Positions 24,882 to 34,685 of a stretch of DNA of 38,277 bases are shown here, piece by piece (within the stretch, counting starts at the first letter, position 1; the number at the start of each line of letters is the position of its first letter). A program made the position numbers and the translations under genes. The stretch lies in IMG/VR virus record IMGVR_UViG_3300048574_000430, positions 1 to 38,277 of that record; one strand, 5' to 3'. The stretch comes from a virus. Its lineage: Duplodnaviria; Caudoviricetes. The notes beneath the pieces are model-generated. The model was given only the letters and a program-made list of their open reading frames with translations. It ran no database searches and had not been told where the DNA came from.

Positions 24882-27356
24882 ATGGCGGACGATTTTGGTC
24901 TGAAAATAGGCGTCGAGGGCGAGCGTGAGTTTAAAAAAGCGCTTTCGGATATCAACCAGAGCTTCAAGGTTCTCGGCTCTGAAATGCAGCTGATCACCAG
25001 TCAGTTTGACAAAAACGATAAATCCGCGCAGGCGCTTACCTCCCGCAACGAAGTCCTCAATAAGGAAATTGACGCGCAGAAGGGCAAAATCGAAACCCTG
25101 CGCGCCGCCCTTGACAACGCGTCCGAATCCTTCGGCGAAAACGACCGCCGCACCCAGAACTGGCAGGTTCAGCTGAACAAGGCGCAAGCGGAGCTGAACG
25201 GAATGGAGCGCGAGCTGTCCGATAACGAGAAAGCCCTCGACAGCATGGGCACGGAAGAGGACGAAGCGGCGAAATCGGCTGACGGACTCGGGAACGAACT
25301 CAAGGAGAGCGGCGACGAAGCGGAGAAATCCGGCTCCAAGTTTGAGAAGCTGGGCGGCGTCCTCAAAGGCGTAGGCGTGGCGATGGGCGCGGTTGTTGTG
25401 GCAGCCGGTGCCGCCGCCATGAAACTCGGCCAGGAAGTAATCGCCGCCTACGCTGACTATGAACAGCTTGTCGGCGGCGTGGATACGCTGTTCGGAGAAG
25501 CGTCAAAAACGGTGCAGGGCTACGCCGAAACCGCCTTTAAAACAGCCGGTATGTCCGCGAACACGTATATGGAGACGGTCACGGGCTTTTCGGCGAGCCT
25601 TATCCAGTCCCTCGGCGGCGACACCGCAAAGGCGGCCAAGGTCGCGGATATGGCGATTACGGATATGGCCGATAACGCCAATAAAATGGGTACGGGCATC
25701 TCGTCCATACAAGACGCCTATCAGGGCTTCGCCAAACAAAACTATACCATGCTTGATAACTTGAAGCTGGGCTACGGCGGCACGAAGTCCGAAATGGAGC
25801 GGCTGCTCGCCGATGCTGAAAAGTTCTCCGGCATTAAATATGACATCTCTTCGTATGCGGACGTCGCCGAGGCAATCCACGTCATACAGACAGAAATGGG
25901 CATCACGGGTACGACCGCTAAGGAAGCGACCGAAACGATAAGCGGGTCTATTGCCGGTATGCAGTCGGCCATCGGTAACCTGATGGCGGGGCTTGGCAAT
26001 GCGGACGCGGACATTAAAGTTCTTATCGGCAACGTGGTGGATGCGTTCCAAAACGTCGTGAAAAACATCACGCCGGTTATTGAGAACATCGTCGCCGCTT
26101 TGCCGCCCGCTCTTAACGGAATTTTAAAGGCTGTCGGAGATTTGCTTCCTACATTGCTGTCGACGGTGGTCAATCTGTTCACACAGATGCTCAGTACAAT
26201 TTTAACGCTCCTGCCGCAGCTTATCCCCGCCGCCGTGGACGCTGTGATGACGATCGTCGGCGCACTGATTGACAGTCTGCCGCTACTCATCGACGCGGCG
26301 GTGCAATTGGTGACGGCTCTTGTCAGCGGCATCGGCTCGGCTTTGCCAGAACTCATCCCGGCGGCGGTCAGCGCGGTCGCAACCATCGTTCAAGGCTTGG
26401 CCGATAATCTTCCCATGATCCTTGACGCGGCGCTGCAGCTTATCCTTGGGCTTGCCCGTGGTCTGCTGGACGCAATCCCGCAGTTAGTCGCAGCTCTGCC
26501 CGCCATTATTACAGCCATCGTGGATTTTATTATCGAAGCGATTCCGCAGATTATCGACGCGGGCATTCAGCTGCTGGTGTCACTGGTGACCGCTCTGCCG
26601 GTCATTATCGAAGCCGTAGTCAAAGCGATTCCGAAGATTATTAACGGTATCATCACCGCCGTGATCGGCGCGATCCCCTTGATCATAGACGCCGGGGTAA
26701 AACTGCTCATCGCCTTGATTCAGAACCTGCCGCAGATCATCACCACGGTTGTAAAGGCTATCCCGCAGATTGTCGGAAGTTTGGTAAACGCCATCGTCGG
26801 GAACATCGACAAGATTATCCTCGCGGGCGTCCAATTGCTGGTCGCGCTCATCGCGAATCTTCCGGCAATCATCGCCGCCATAGTCAAGGCGGTGCCGCAG
26901 ATTGTCGCGGGGCTGGTAAGCGCTTTTACCGGCTACATCGGACAGATGGCGCAGGTCGGCGGCAACCTCATCAAGGGACTGTGGCAGGGCATTTCCGACG
27001 CGGGTACGTGGCTGTGGAACAAAATCAGCAGCTTCTTCGGCGGAATTGTGGACCGTATCAAGGACTTTTTCGGCATTCACTCTCCGTCGACGCTCTTTGC
27101 CGGACTTGGCAAAAACATGGGCGAAGGCATCGGTGTGGGCTTTGAGGATGCCATGTCCGCCGTCTCATTGGATATGCAGAATGCCATCCCCACCCGCTTC
27201 GATGTCAGTACCGGCGGCGTATCCGGGCAAGGCGGCGCTGTTTCCGGGACAAATATCACACAGAACATTTCCGTGGTGACGCCGAAGGCACTGTCCGAAA
27301 AGGAGCTGGCGCGGGAATTCAAAAACCTTTCGCGCAAACTGGCGCTGGAGTATTAA
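24882..27356 (+). CDS. Tape measure protein
   Basis: 824 aa; N-terminal coiled coil, periodic (L/I)PxI repeats and C-terminal FGIHSPS motif. Confidence 0.93.
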   Translation: MADDFGLKIGVEGEREFKKALSDINQSFKVLGSEMQLITSQFDKNDKSAQALTSRNEVLNKEIDAQKGKIETLRAALDNASESFGENDRRTQNWQVQLNKAQAELNGMERELSDNEKALDSMGTEEDEAAKSADGLGNELKESGDEAEKSGSKFEKLGGVLKGVGVAMGAVVVAAGAAAMKLGQEVIAAYADYEQLVGGVDTLFGEASKTVQGYAETAFKTAGMSANTYMETVTGFSASLIQSLGGDTAKAAKVADMAITDMADNANKMGTGISSIQDAYQGFAKQNYTMLDNLKLGYGGTKSEMERLLADAEKFSGIKYDISSYADVAEAIHVIQTEMGITGTTAKEATETISGSIAGMQSAIGNLMAGLGNADADIKVLIGNVVDAFQNVVKNITPVIENIVAALPPALNGILKAVGDLLPTLLSTVVNLFTQMLSTILTLLPQLIPAAVDAVMTIVGALIDSLPLLIDAAVQLVTALVSGIGSALPELIPAAVSAVATIVQGLADNLPMILDAALQLILGLARGLLDAIPQLVAALPAIITAIVDFIIEAIPQIIDAGIQLLVSLVTALPVIIEAVVKAIPKIINGIITAVIGAIPLIIDAGVKLLIALIQNLPQIITTVVKAIPQIVGSLVNAIVGNIDKIILAGVQLLVALIANLPAIIAAIVKAVPQIVAGLVSAFTGYIGQMAQVGGNLIKGLWQGISDAGTWLWNKISSFFGGIVDRIKDFFGIHSPSTLFAGLGKNMGEGIGVGFEDAMSAVSLDMQNAIPTRFDVSTGGVSGQGGAVSGTNITQNISVVTPKALSEKELAREFKNLSRKLALEY

Positions 27357-27368
27357 GGAGGGACGGCT

Positions 27369-28220
27369 ATGGAACTGACTTATGTCAACGCGAACGGCAA
27401 GAGCATCACGCTGAAGCAGAGCCGTCCGTATTTTCTTCAGAAGATAGACGGTACGGGCAATGTTCGTCAGACCGTTAACACATTTAAAGCGCCGGATCAG
27501 GACGGCGCCTTTTACATCTCGTCTACGCTGGATATGCGCAACATCACGCTGGAAGGCACGGTCATAGCGGACACACCTGATGAAGCCTACGCGCGGCGGC
27601 ATGGTTTCCTTCAGATATTCAGCCCTAAGGTAGGCGGGACGCTGCTGTACCGGGAGCGGCAAATCGCCTGCGTCGTAGAGGAGGCGGGGTTTACGGTTTC
27701 CACGCGCCATCGGATACCCAGCTTCTTTGTCAGCCTGCTCTGCCCGTCGCCTTTCTTCGAAACACCGGAGGAAATCCGCGAGGAACTGGCGTCCTGGATA
27801 CCGATGTTTAAGTTTGAACTGGAGATACCCGAAAGCAGCATGGAATTTGGATTGCGCCAGCCCAGCCAGATCATCACGGTCGACAATATCGGCGACGTTT
27901 TCTGCGGCTGTGAAATTGTGTTCCACGCGCTGGGAACGGTGACGAATCCCGAACTGCTGAACATGGATACCGGGGAGTATGTCCGCATTCTCACGACGAT
28001 GAGCGCCGGGGATGAGCTGCGGGTATACACCCATTTTGCGGGCAAGCGCGTCGTCAGCGTAAACGGCGGCACAGAGACCAACGCCTTTTCACTGCTGGAT
28101 ACCGGCTCGGCGTTCTTTCAGCTTGCCGCCGGTATCAATACTCTGCGCTACGACGCTTCGGTCAATATGGAACTGCTGGAGGTCAGCATTTATTACAGGC
28201 CACAGTTTCTGGGGGTGTGA
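27369..28220 (+). CDS. Distal tail protein (Dit-like)
   Basis: Immediately after the tape measure gene; CPSPFF, NIGD and FFQLAAGIN motifs. Confidence 0.8.
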   Translation: MELTYVNANGKSITLKQSRPYFLQKIDGTGNVRQTVNTFKAPDQDGAFYISSTLDMRNITLEGTVIADTPDEAYARRHGFLQIFSPKVGGTLLYRERQIACVVEEAGFTVSTRHRIPSFFVSLLCPSPFFETPEEIREELASWIPMFKFELEIPESSMEFGLRQPSQIITVDNIGDVFCGCEIVFHALGTVTNPELLNMDTGEYVRILTTMSAGDELRVYTHFAGKRVVSVNGGTETNAFSLLDTGSAFFQLAAGINTLRYDASVNMELLEVSIYYRPQFLGV

Positions 28221-28222
28221 GG

Positions 28223-30100
28223 ATGGAACTGTATATTTACAATTCGAGCCGGGAGTTAACCGGCATCGTGGAGTCTTTTGAATATCTGCGCTGGTCGCGG
28301 CGTTACTCCCAGTGCGGCTACTTTGAACTGAAAGCCATTGCGACGCCGCAAAACACCGCACTCCTACAGGAGGGAAACTTCATCTGGAAGAGTGACGACG
28401 AGGAAGCGGGGATTATCGAGCATCTGGAAATGACGCAGGCGGAAAAGGAAATCATCACGGCAAGCGGCCGCTTTGCCACTTCTTTTCTCTCCCGGCGTAT
28501 TGTGTGGCAAATGGAGAAGCTGTCGGGCGACCTCTCCTCCTGTGTGGGACAGCTTTTAAACAACCATCTCATCAGTCCGGCTGAAACGGCGCGGCGAATC
28601 GGCGGCATAGCCTTCTCGTCACCGAGCCTGGGCGTACCAGTCAGCACCCAGATATCGTACAAAAATCTGATGGATGCGGTGACGGCGCTGTGCGGCGCTT
28701 CGGAGATCGGCATTAAGACCATATTCACTCCGGCGACGCGCGTTTTTACCGTGGCGCTGTATAAAGGCGGCAACTCACAGGCGGTGTTCTCCAAGGAGTA
28801 TGAGAATCTGACGGAACAGAGCTATACCGAAAGCGCGGCGGATTACGCCAACACCGCGCTCATCGGCGGCGAGGGCGAAGGAGAAAGCCGCACGTTTGCC
28901 GCCATTACCAGCGGCTCCGGCGAAACCCGGCGCGAGATTTTTGTGGACGCCAAAGACCTGCAGAAATCGGACTTCGGCGACGGCTACAGCGACGCGCTGA
29001 TTTTCCGTGGGCAAAGCAAGCTGAGCGAGCAGGAAATTCGTTATTCGTTCGACACCTCGGTAAACCCACACGGCAACCTGACCTACAAAACGGACTTCGA
29101 CCTTGGCCAGATGGTTAAAGTCATGTCCAAAGCCTGGGGCGTATCCATGACGACACGCATCACCGAAATTGAGGAAACCTACGACGCGGACGGTCTGAGC
29201 ATCAGCGTCGTGTTCGGCAAGGCAGAACTGACCATCGCGCAGAAGATGCGTTCCGACATGAGCGAGGTCAAAACGGCTCTGTCGGCTCCGGCAGGCATAG
29301 CCGAAGTAACCGAGGCGCTGGACGCCGTATCGGGAACGCTGGGAAATCTGTCGGAGGTGGACCCGGATATTCAAGGGGAAACCTTCACGGCCACCGTGAA
29401 CAATCTGTTCGGAAGGCTGCCCGCGCTTGAAATAACCGTGGGCGCGGGTACGATATCGGTTGGTCAGTACGCCCTACGCCATATGGAACCGGGCGATTCG
29501 CTGTATTTCACCTCGTGGAGCGGCAACAAATTCAGCGACCAGCCAAGCGACGACGGGCAGCTCTTTCTGGTGAAGCACAACGGGGACAGTACGGGAACCG
29601 GCTATCAGCGGGCGATGGGCTTCTTTATCTCGCGCAACACCATGACGTTTTACGTGATTTCCATCTTCATATACAACAATCCGTCGGGCGCGGCGAACTG
29701 GCTGAATATCAACAACGAACCGATTACCACGACTCGGCTGGCGAGCGGCGCAGTGACTACCGCGAAAATCGCCCAGGAAGCCGACGTCTCGGTTACCTAC
29801 TCGCTTGGAAGCGGCGTCACGATGGGCGCGAATATGTCCTTTGTGAATAAGGGCGTCGTTTCCATCGGAATGCAGGTAAACGTGGGGTCCTCGGGAGTCG
29901 CCTCCGGCGGCACGATTCTCACGATTACAAACGCAAACTTTTACCCCTACACGACGTTGCGTTCCGTGGCGACCGCCGTGGGCGGCAGCGGCACCAATAT
30001 GCCGATCACAATCAGCGCGAGCGGCGTGGTGGCAAACGCCGCCTCGTCCACACTACCCACGGGCTATTATCTGATATCCTGCTCTTACGCGAGGGCTTAA
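28223..30100 (+). CDS. Baseplate hub/Tal-like protein (ReqiPepy6 Gp37-like) with C-terminal extension
   Basis: LRWSRRYSQCGYFEL, GGEGEG..R and DFDLGQMV motifs, then a Gly/Ser/Thr-rich fibre-like C-terminus. Confidence 0.75.
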   Translation: MELYIYNSSRELTGIVESFEYLRWSRRYSQCGYFELKAIATPQNTALLQEGNFIWKSDDEEAGIIEHLEMTQAEKEIITASGRFATSFLSRRIVWQMEKLSGDLSSCVGQLLNNHLISPAETARRIGGIAFSSPSLGVPVSTQISYKNLMDAVTALCGASEIGIKTIFTPATRVFTVALYKGGNSQAVFSKEYENLTEQSYTESAADYANTALIGGEGEGESRTFAAITSGSGETRREIFVDAKDLQKSDFGDGYSDALIFRGQSKLSEQEIRYSFDTSVNPHGNLTYKTDFDLGQMVKVMSKAWGVSMTTRITEIEETYDADGLSISVVFGKAELTIAQKMRSDMSEVKTALSAPAGIAEVTEALDAVSGTLGNLSEVDPDIQGETFTATVNNLFGRLPALEITVGAGTISVGQYALRHMEPGDSLYFTSWSGNKFSDQPSDDGQLFLVKHNGDSTGTGYQRAMGFFISRNTMTFYVISIFIYNNPSGAANWLNINNEPITTTRLASGAVTTAKIAQEADVSVTYSLGSGVTMGANMSFVNKGVVSIGMQVNVGSSGVASGGTILTITNANFYPYTTLRSVATAVGGSGTNMPITISASGVVANAASSTLPTGYYLISCSYARA

Positions 30101-30115
30101 CGGGAGGAAAGCAAT

Positions 30116-30619
30116 ATGGAGAAAAGCGGATTTTTCAACTCATCGGACGGAGACAGAATCTATGACGCGACGGATTTCGCGGCGTATTTCGGAAGTCTCG
30201 TCTCCAACGGCGTATTTTACGCGGCGGCAACCAACCTGCAGGCGGCAACGGGGAGCGGGCTGGCAGTAAGTGTCGCGGCGGGTAGCGCGTGGATCAACGG
30301 ATACCGGTACGAGAACACGGATACCTTGAACCTTCCGCTCACCACGGCGAACGGGAGCAATCCTCGGATTGACCGGGTTGTGGTTCGGTTAAGCAAGGTC
30401 AGCAGGAATATCCTGCTTGCCGTTGTCGTCGGTACCCCCTCCGCGACACCGGTGGCTCCGGTGCTGACGAGAACAAGCGACGTTTATGAGCTTGGCATTG
30501 CCGACGTGCTGATACCGGCCGCCGCCACGTCAATCGCCGCGAACAACATCACCGATACCCGGCTGAACACCAGCCTTTGCGGGCTGGTCAATTCGCTGGT
30601 GACGGCGGTTTATGAATAA
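30116..30619 (+). CDS. Baseplate/minor tail structural protein
   Basis: SGFFNS..GDRIYDA, GSAWING and RIDRVVVRL motifs. Confidence 0.75.
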   Translation: MEKSGFFNSSDGDRIYDATDFAAYFGSLVSNGVFYAAATNLQAATGSGLAVSVAAGSAWINGYRYENTDTLNLPLTTANGSNPRIDRVVVRLSKVSRNILLAVVVGTPSATPVAPVLTRTSDVYELGIADVLIPAAATSIAANNITDTRLNTSLCGLVNSLVTAVYE

Positions 30620-30632
30620 GGGGTGAACGACA

Positions 30633-32987
30633 GTGGCGGATATTAACGGCGCAACTCTGAGCGCGGGCTCAGGCCCGACTGTTCATTACACTATTACCTA
30701 TTCCAAAAGCCGGCCGAACAACAGCCAGATGACCTACAATTTTACTATCTCCGCCGCTCTGGGTTCCTCCGGCTCCTACATCCACAGCGGCTACGCCTTG
30801 CTCTGCACCATGACGGTCAACGGTTCGTCCGCGCAGGTGCGCATCAAGGCGGCGGACGGCGACGACTGGGACGGAACCACACCGAGGCTCAGATATGTTA
30901 CGGTAACCTGCGCTTCCACAGTCGGGAACGCTGCGCAGGGCGTGCGCTTTCAGGTGGTATCGGACGGGCGGCTGACGCTTTCTTCCGGGGTAATCGACAA
31001 TTCAGGTTACACGGTGTTAAGCTCGGCGCTCCTGACCACGGCCTGCGGCGCGCCGACCTCCTGCTTGGTCAGCCCGATTCTTGCGGAGGGAAACGCGACA
31101 CTTTCCTGGAGCGGAGCCTCAAGCGGGATCAGCAACGCGATTTCCAGTTATGAGATCCAATACAGCGATTCCACGGACAGTTCCACCTGGGGAGCGTGGA
31201 CGGCACTGACGACAGTGACTACCACGGCTTCCAGCGGTAGCGTATCTGTTGGGCCACCCCCGACACGGGGCAATTACCGCAGATTCCAGGTGCGGGCACG
31301 CGGCGCGGCGGGAGCAAGCTATTACTCGGGGTGGAAAGTGTCCACGAACTCTGTCCGCAGAAATACAGCACCGAAACCCGCGACGTCCGCGGTCGCCACT
31401 CCCGCGACCTATAGCAACGAGACGATTACGCTGACATGGAGCGGAGCGTCGGGCGGCACCAGTGCGGTCAAGGGCTATCAGATCGCCAGCCGCACTTCCA
31501 CGGACAACAGCACCTGGAGCGCGTGGAACGTGCTGACCACGCTGATGCTGTCAGCCAGCGGAGGAAGCTATAACCCGGCTGTCTCAAGCACGCCGGGAAC
31601 GTATACGCAATTCGGCGTCTGGACAATCGACGCGCTGGATGTTTATTCAGCAGAAACGGTCAGCAACAGTATTTTCTGCGATGTCACCGCCTGCGGAGCG
31701 CCGACACTTTGCTCGGTAAGCGCGGCGTTGGCCGAAGGAAACGTTACTCTCTCGTGGAGCGGCGCTACGGCCGGCGCGGGAAACGCCATCACCTCCTACG
31801 AAATCCAATACAGCGACTCGCCCGACAACAGCGTCTGGGGAGACTGGACGGCGCTGATGACGGTGAACACCACCGCCACAAGCAACAGCGTCAGCGTCAG
31901 CCCACCGGGCACAAGGGGAAATTACCGCCGGTTCAGAGTGCGAACCTGTGGTGCCGCCGGCGCAGAATATTATTCCGATTGGGCGATGTCCGGCAACACC
32001 GTACGGAAAAACACATTGCCAACCCCGCCATCATCCTTTGCCGCCGCGCCAGCGATCTATGAGGGCAATTCCGTAACTCTTACATGGAGCGGAGCTGCAC
32101 CGGGCACGAGCGCCATCAAGCAGTATGTCATTCAGCGCGCGACCTCTGCGGACGGGACGAACTGGTCGGCATACGAAGCTTTGACAATTGTTGTTTCGAG
32201 CTTAACCTCTGGAACGTATTTGGCGAACGCTTCTCAGATAGCGGGGACATATACCCGCTACCGCATCAGCGTAACCGATGTCTTAGACGCCGTTTCCGCT
32301 TATGTCGTCAGCGGAACGGTAAAGAAAAACAGCCCGCCGACCGCTCCGGCCATCATCTGCCCGGTATCCGGTGCTTCCAGTTACAATACAACACCGCGCT
32401 TTCTGATTACAACGGGCATCGAGCCGGACGGTCAGTCGCAGATGGTGGAGGTAAGAATCGACGCGGGCGCTTGGATCAACAGCGTGGACAATGCGGAAAG
32501 GTTCTCCACCAGCGGCTATCTGGGCAACGGCGTTAAAACGGTGTTTCAGCCGGAAACGCTGGCGTCAGCAAGCCACACCATTACCATTCGCTGTCTCGAT
32601 AGCGATACCGCATCGGCAAGTCCCGAGGTGACACGCGCTTTCACGGTTATACCAACGCCCTTCGAGACGATTACCGCGAACGAAACCCATGTGAAAGCGG
32701 CTCATATTCAAACACTCCGCACCGCCGTAAATATGGCACGGAGCTATTACAACCTGTCGCCCATGGCTTGGAGCGAGGAGATTGCCGCCGGAAAGACGGC
32801 GGTCAAAAATTGGCCGTTCCATATCACGGAGCTTCGAAAGGCCATCGAGCTTGTTGTCACGGTAATTAACGGTTTCGATTCCTCCTCGGTCTTCGATATT
32901 CCACCCATCACATGGCTGCCCATCGGCACCGGTCGACCCAAAGCGGCGGTCATGAATCAGCTTCGGGAGCTGCTCCTGTCTCTGTAG
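30633..32987 (+). CDS. Tail-associated adhesin with four FN3/Ig-like repeats
   Basis: Four TL(S/T)WSGA...Y.I...W units arranged ABAB with a 216-aa period. Confidence 0.8.
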   Translation: MADINGATLSAGSGPTVHYTITYSKSRPNNSQMTYNFTISAALGSSGSYIHSGYALLCTMTVNGSSAQVRIKAADGDDWDGTTPRLRYVTVTCASTVGNAAQGVRFQVVSDGRLTLSSGVIDNSGYTVLSSALLTTACGAPTSCLVSPILAEGNATLSWSGASSGISNAISSYEIQYSDSTDSSTWGAWTALTTVTTTASSGSVSVGPPPTRGNYRRFQVRARGAAGASYYSGWKVSTNSVRRNTAPKPATSAVATPATYSNETITLTWSGASGGTSAVKGYQIASRTSTDNSTWSAWNVLTTLMLSASGGSYNPAVSSTPGTYTQFGVWTIDALDVYSAETVSNSIFCDVTACGAPTLCSVSAALAEGNVTLSWSGATAGAGNAITSYEIQYSDSPDNSVWGDWTALMTVNTTATSNSVSVSPPGTRGNYRRFRVRTCGAAGAEYYSDWAMSGNTVRKNTLPTPPSSFAAAPAIYEGNSVTLTWSGAAPGTSAIKQYVIQRATSADGTNWSAYEALTIVVSSLTSGTYLANASQIAGTYTRYRISVTDVLDAVSAYVVSGTVKKNSPPTAPAIICPVSGASSYNTTPRFLITTGIEPDGQSQMVEVRIDAGAWINSVDNAERFSTSGYLGNGVKTVFQPETLASASHTITIRCLDSDTASASPEVTRAFTVIPTPFETITANETHVKAAHIQTLRTAVNMARSYYNLSPMAWSEEIAAGKTAVKNWPFHITELRKAIELVVTVINGFDSSSVFDIPPITWLPIGTGRPKAAVMNQLRELLLSL

Positions 32988-33006
32988 CTGAACAACTCTT
33001 TTTCAA

Positions 33007-33035
33007 CGTTCCCGCTACGGTGGGAGCGCTTTTTT
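33007..33035 (+). terminator. Intrinsic terminator before the lysis genes
   Basis: CGTTCCCGC-TACG-GTGGGAGCG (cUACGg loop) followed by a T-run. Confidence 0.7.
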
Positions 33036-33065
33036 ATACACAAATTTATGAACGGAGGTCTTGCA

Positions 33066-33479
33066 ATGAAAGAAGTATGGACTTGGATTCAGATAGGGCT
33101 TGCGGCGGTGGGCGGCTTCCTCGGCTGGTTTGTCGGGGGCTTTGACGGCTTTCTCTACGCGCTGCTAGTGTTTGTGGTTGCCGACTACATCACCGGGGTG
33201 ATGTGCGCCATTGCGGATAAAAAGCTGTCCAGTGAGGTCGGCTTTAAAGGTATCTGTAAAAAGGTGCTGATTTTCGTCATGGTCGGCATCGGACACATCA
33301 TCGACATCTATCTCATCGGCAACGGCGAAGTAATACGCACGGCAGTGATTTTCTTCTACTGCTCCAACGAGGGCGTGTCGATGCTGGAAAACGCCGGTCA
33401 TCTGGGCCTGCCCATTCCTCAGCAGCTCAAGGATATTCTGGAGCAGCTTCACGACCGCAGTGAAAAGGGGGACAAATAA
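33066..33479 (+). CDS. Holin (toxin secretion/phage lysis family)
   Basis: Transmembrane segments; DYITG, SSEVGFKGI.KK and NEGVSMLEN...GLPIP motifs. Confidence 0.92.
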   Translation: MKEVWTWIQIGLAAVGGFLGWFVGGFDGFLYALLVFVVADYITGVMCAIADKKLSSEVGFKGICKKVLIFVMVGIGHIIDIYLIGNGEVIRTAVIFFYCSNEGVSMLENAGHLGLPIPQQLKDILEQLHDRSEKGDK

Positions 33480-34268
33480 ATGAACCTGCATAAACTTATT
33501 CTGACGAACAACGCTTGCTACAAGGCGGGTCGCACCATTACGCCGAAGGGCATCATGGTGCATTCCACCGGAGCGAATAATCCCTACCTCAAACGCTATG
33601 TCGGCCCGGACGACGGTCTGCTCGGTAAAAATCAGTACAACAACCACTGGAACCAGAACACGCCGGACGGCCGTCAGGTCTGCGTCCACGGCTTCATCGG
33701 CAAACTGGCCGACGGCTCCGTCGCAGCGTACCAGACCCTGCCGTGGAATATGCGCGGCTGGCACTGCGGCGGTTCCGGCAACGATACGCACATTTCCTTT
33801 GAAATTTGTGAGGATGGCTTGACGGACGTGGCCTATTTTAACGCCGTATACAAGGAAGCCGCCGAACTGTGCACCTACCTCTGCAAACAGTATGGACTGA
33901 CTGAAAAGGACGTTATCTGTCACTCGGAGGGATACAAGCTAGGGATTGCTTCTAACCACGGCGATGTGATGCACTGGTTTCCGAGGCTTGGAAAGAGCAT
34001 GGACACCTTCCGCGCCGAGGTTGGGAAGCTGCTTGCGGCGTCTGCCCCCACACCCGTCCCGACTCCTACTCCGTCCGGCTTTTCCGTCGGCGACCAGGTC
34101 GTTCTGAACGGCGCGGTGTATGCCGACAGCTACGGCGGTGGGAAAGGACGCTCCTTTCAGAATAGAACCTGCACCGTCACCCGCATTGTCGACCTCAAAC
34201 GCAAGTGCCCGTACCTGCTGGACAACGGCTTAGGCTGGGTGCCAAAGGACAGCATCCAAAAAGCGTAA
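33480..34268 (+). CDS. Endolysin, N-acetylmuramoyl-L-alanine amidase (Amidase_2) with PT linker and C-terminal binding domain
   Basis: IMVHST, WHCG, FEICE and CHSEG...HGD motifs; PTPVPTPTP linker. Confidence 0.92.
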   Translation: MNLHKLILTNNACYKAGRTITPKGIMVHSTGANNPYLKRYVGPDDGLLGKNQYNNHWNQNTPDGRQVCVHGFIGKLADGSVAAYQTLPWNMRGWHCGGSGNDTHISFEICEDGLTDVAYFNAVYKEAAELCTYLCKQYGLTEKDVICHSEGYKLGIASNHGDVMHWFPRLGKSMDTFRAEVGKLLAASAPTPVPTPTPSGFSVGDQVVLNGAVYADSYGGGKGRSFQNRTCTVTRIVDLKRKCPYLLDNGLGWVPKDSIQKA

Positions 34269-34293
34269 CAGAATTTTTATAACCACAGGTTTT

Positions 34294-34335
34294 TAAGCCC
34301 ATCGAGGATTTTTATCTTCGGTGGGCTTATTTTTT
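34294..34335 (+). terminator. Intrinsic terminator after the lysin
   Basis: TAAGCCCATCGAGGAT/ATCTTCGGTGGGCTTA stem followed by a T-run. Confidence 0.8.
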
Positions 34336-34342
34336 ATATCCT

Positions 34343-34387
34343 TTTCGGCCAGAGGACCTTTTTCCTTCCAGTGAGTAGTGAGGACAG
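34343..34387 (+). promoter_or_regulatory. Bipartite motif copy 3 (TTTCGGCCAG-N14-TCCAGTGAGTAGTGAGGACAG)
   Basis: After a terminator and before the SHOCT-like gene; shares an extended 3' part with copy 1. Confidence 0.7.
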
Positions 34388-34413
34388 AAGCCTCAGACTG
34401 GAGGAAGCAGTAC

Positions 34414-34662
34414 ATGGCCAATATAATTGACGCAGTACCGGAAGTTACCCTTGAAAAGAAACCTGTTTCGCAGGAACACCTGCGGCGGGAAGTTGACTAT
34501 GTAAGGGCACAGCAGATACTCCGAGCGATACTGGATAAGGGACTAATTTCATTGTCGGAATTCGACAAGATAACTGCGCTCAACCGCGAATCTTTCTCTC
34601 CTATGCTGGCCGGAATTATGCCCGTAAACCGTTGCTATAACTCGCATTCAGAGTTAACATGA
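34414..34662 (+). CDS. SHOCT-like domain protein (82 aa)
   Basis: SD GGAGG then ATG at 34414; ILDKGLISLSEFDKI matches the SHOCT-like pattern. Confidence 0.75.
   Translation: MANIIDAVPEVTLEKKPVSQEHLRREVDYVRAQQILRAILDKGLISLSEFDKITALNRESFSPMLAGIMPVNRCYNSHSELT
34632..34660 (+). promoter_or_regulatory. SigmaA-like promoter family, copy C (recombinase promoter)
   Basis: TTGCTA-N17-TAACAT with TTCAGAGT in the spacer, inside the 3' end of the SHOCT-like gene. Confidence 0.55.
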
Positions 34663-34685
34663 CATGCTGACAAGGAGGTGACAAA

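Noticed and set aside
26050-26930. Periodic hydrophobic repeats suggesting a membrane transporter
   Set aside because: Ordinary tape measure protein helical repeats.
30633-32987. Repeats as a diversity-generating retroelement TR/VR pair
   Set aside because: No reverse transcriptase in the window. The repeats are in-frame domain duplications with differences not restricted to adenines.
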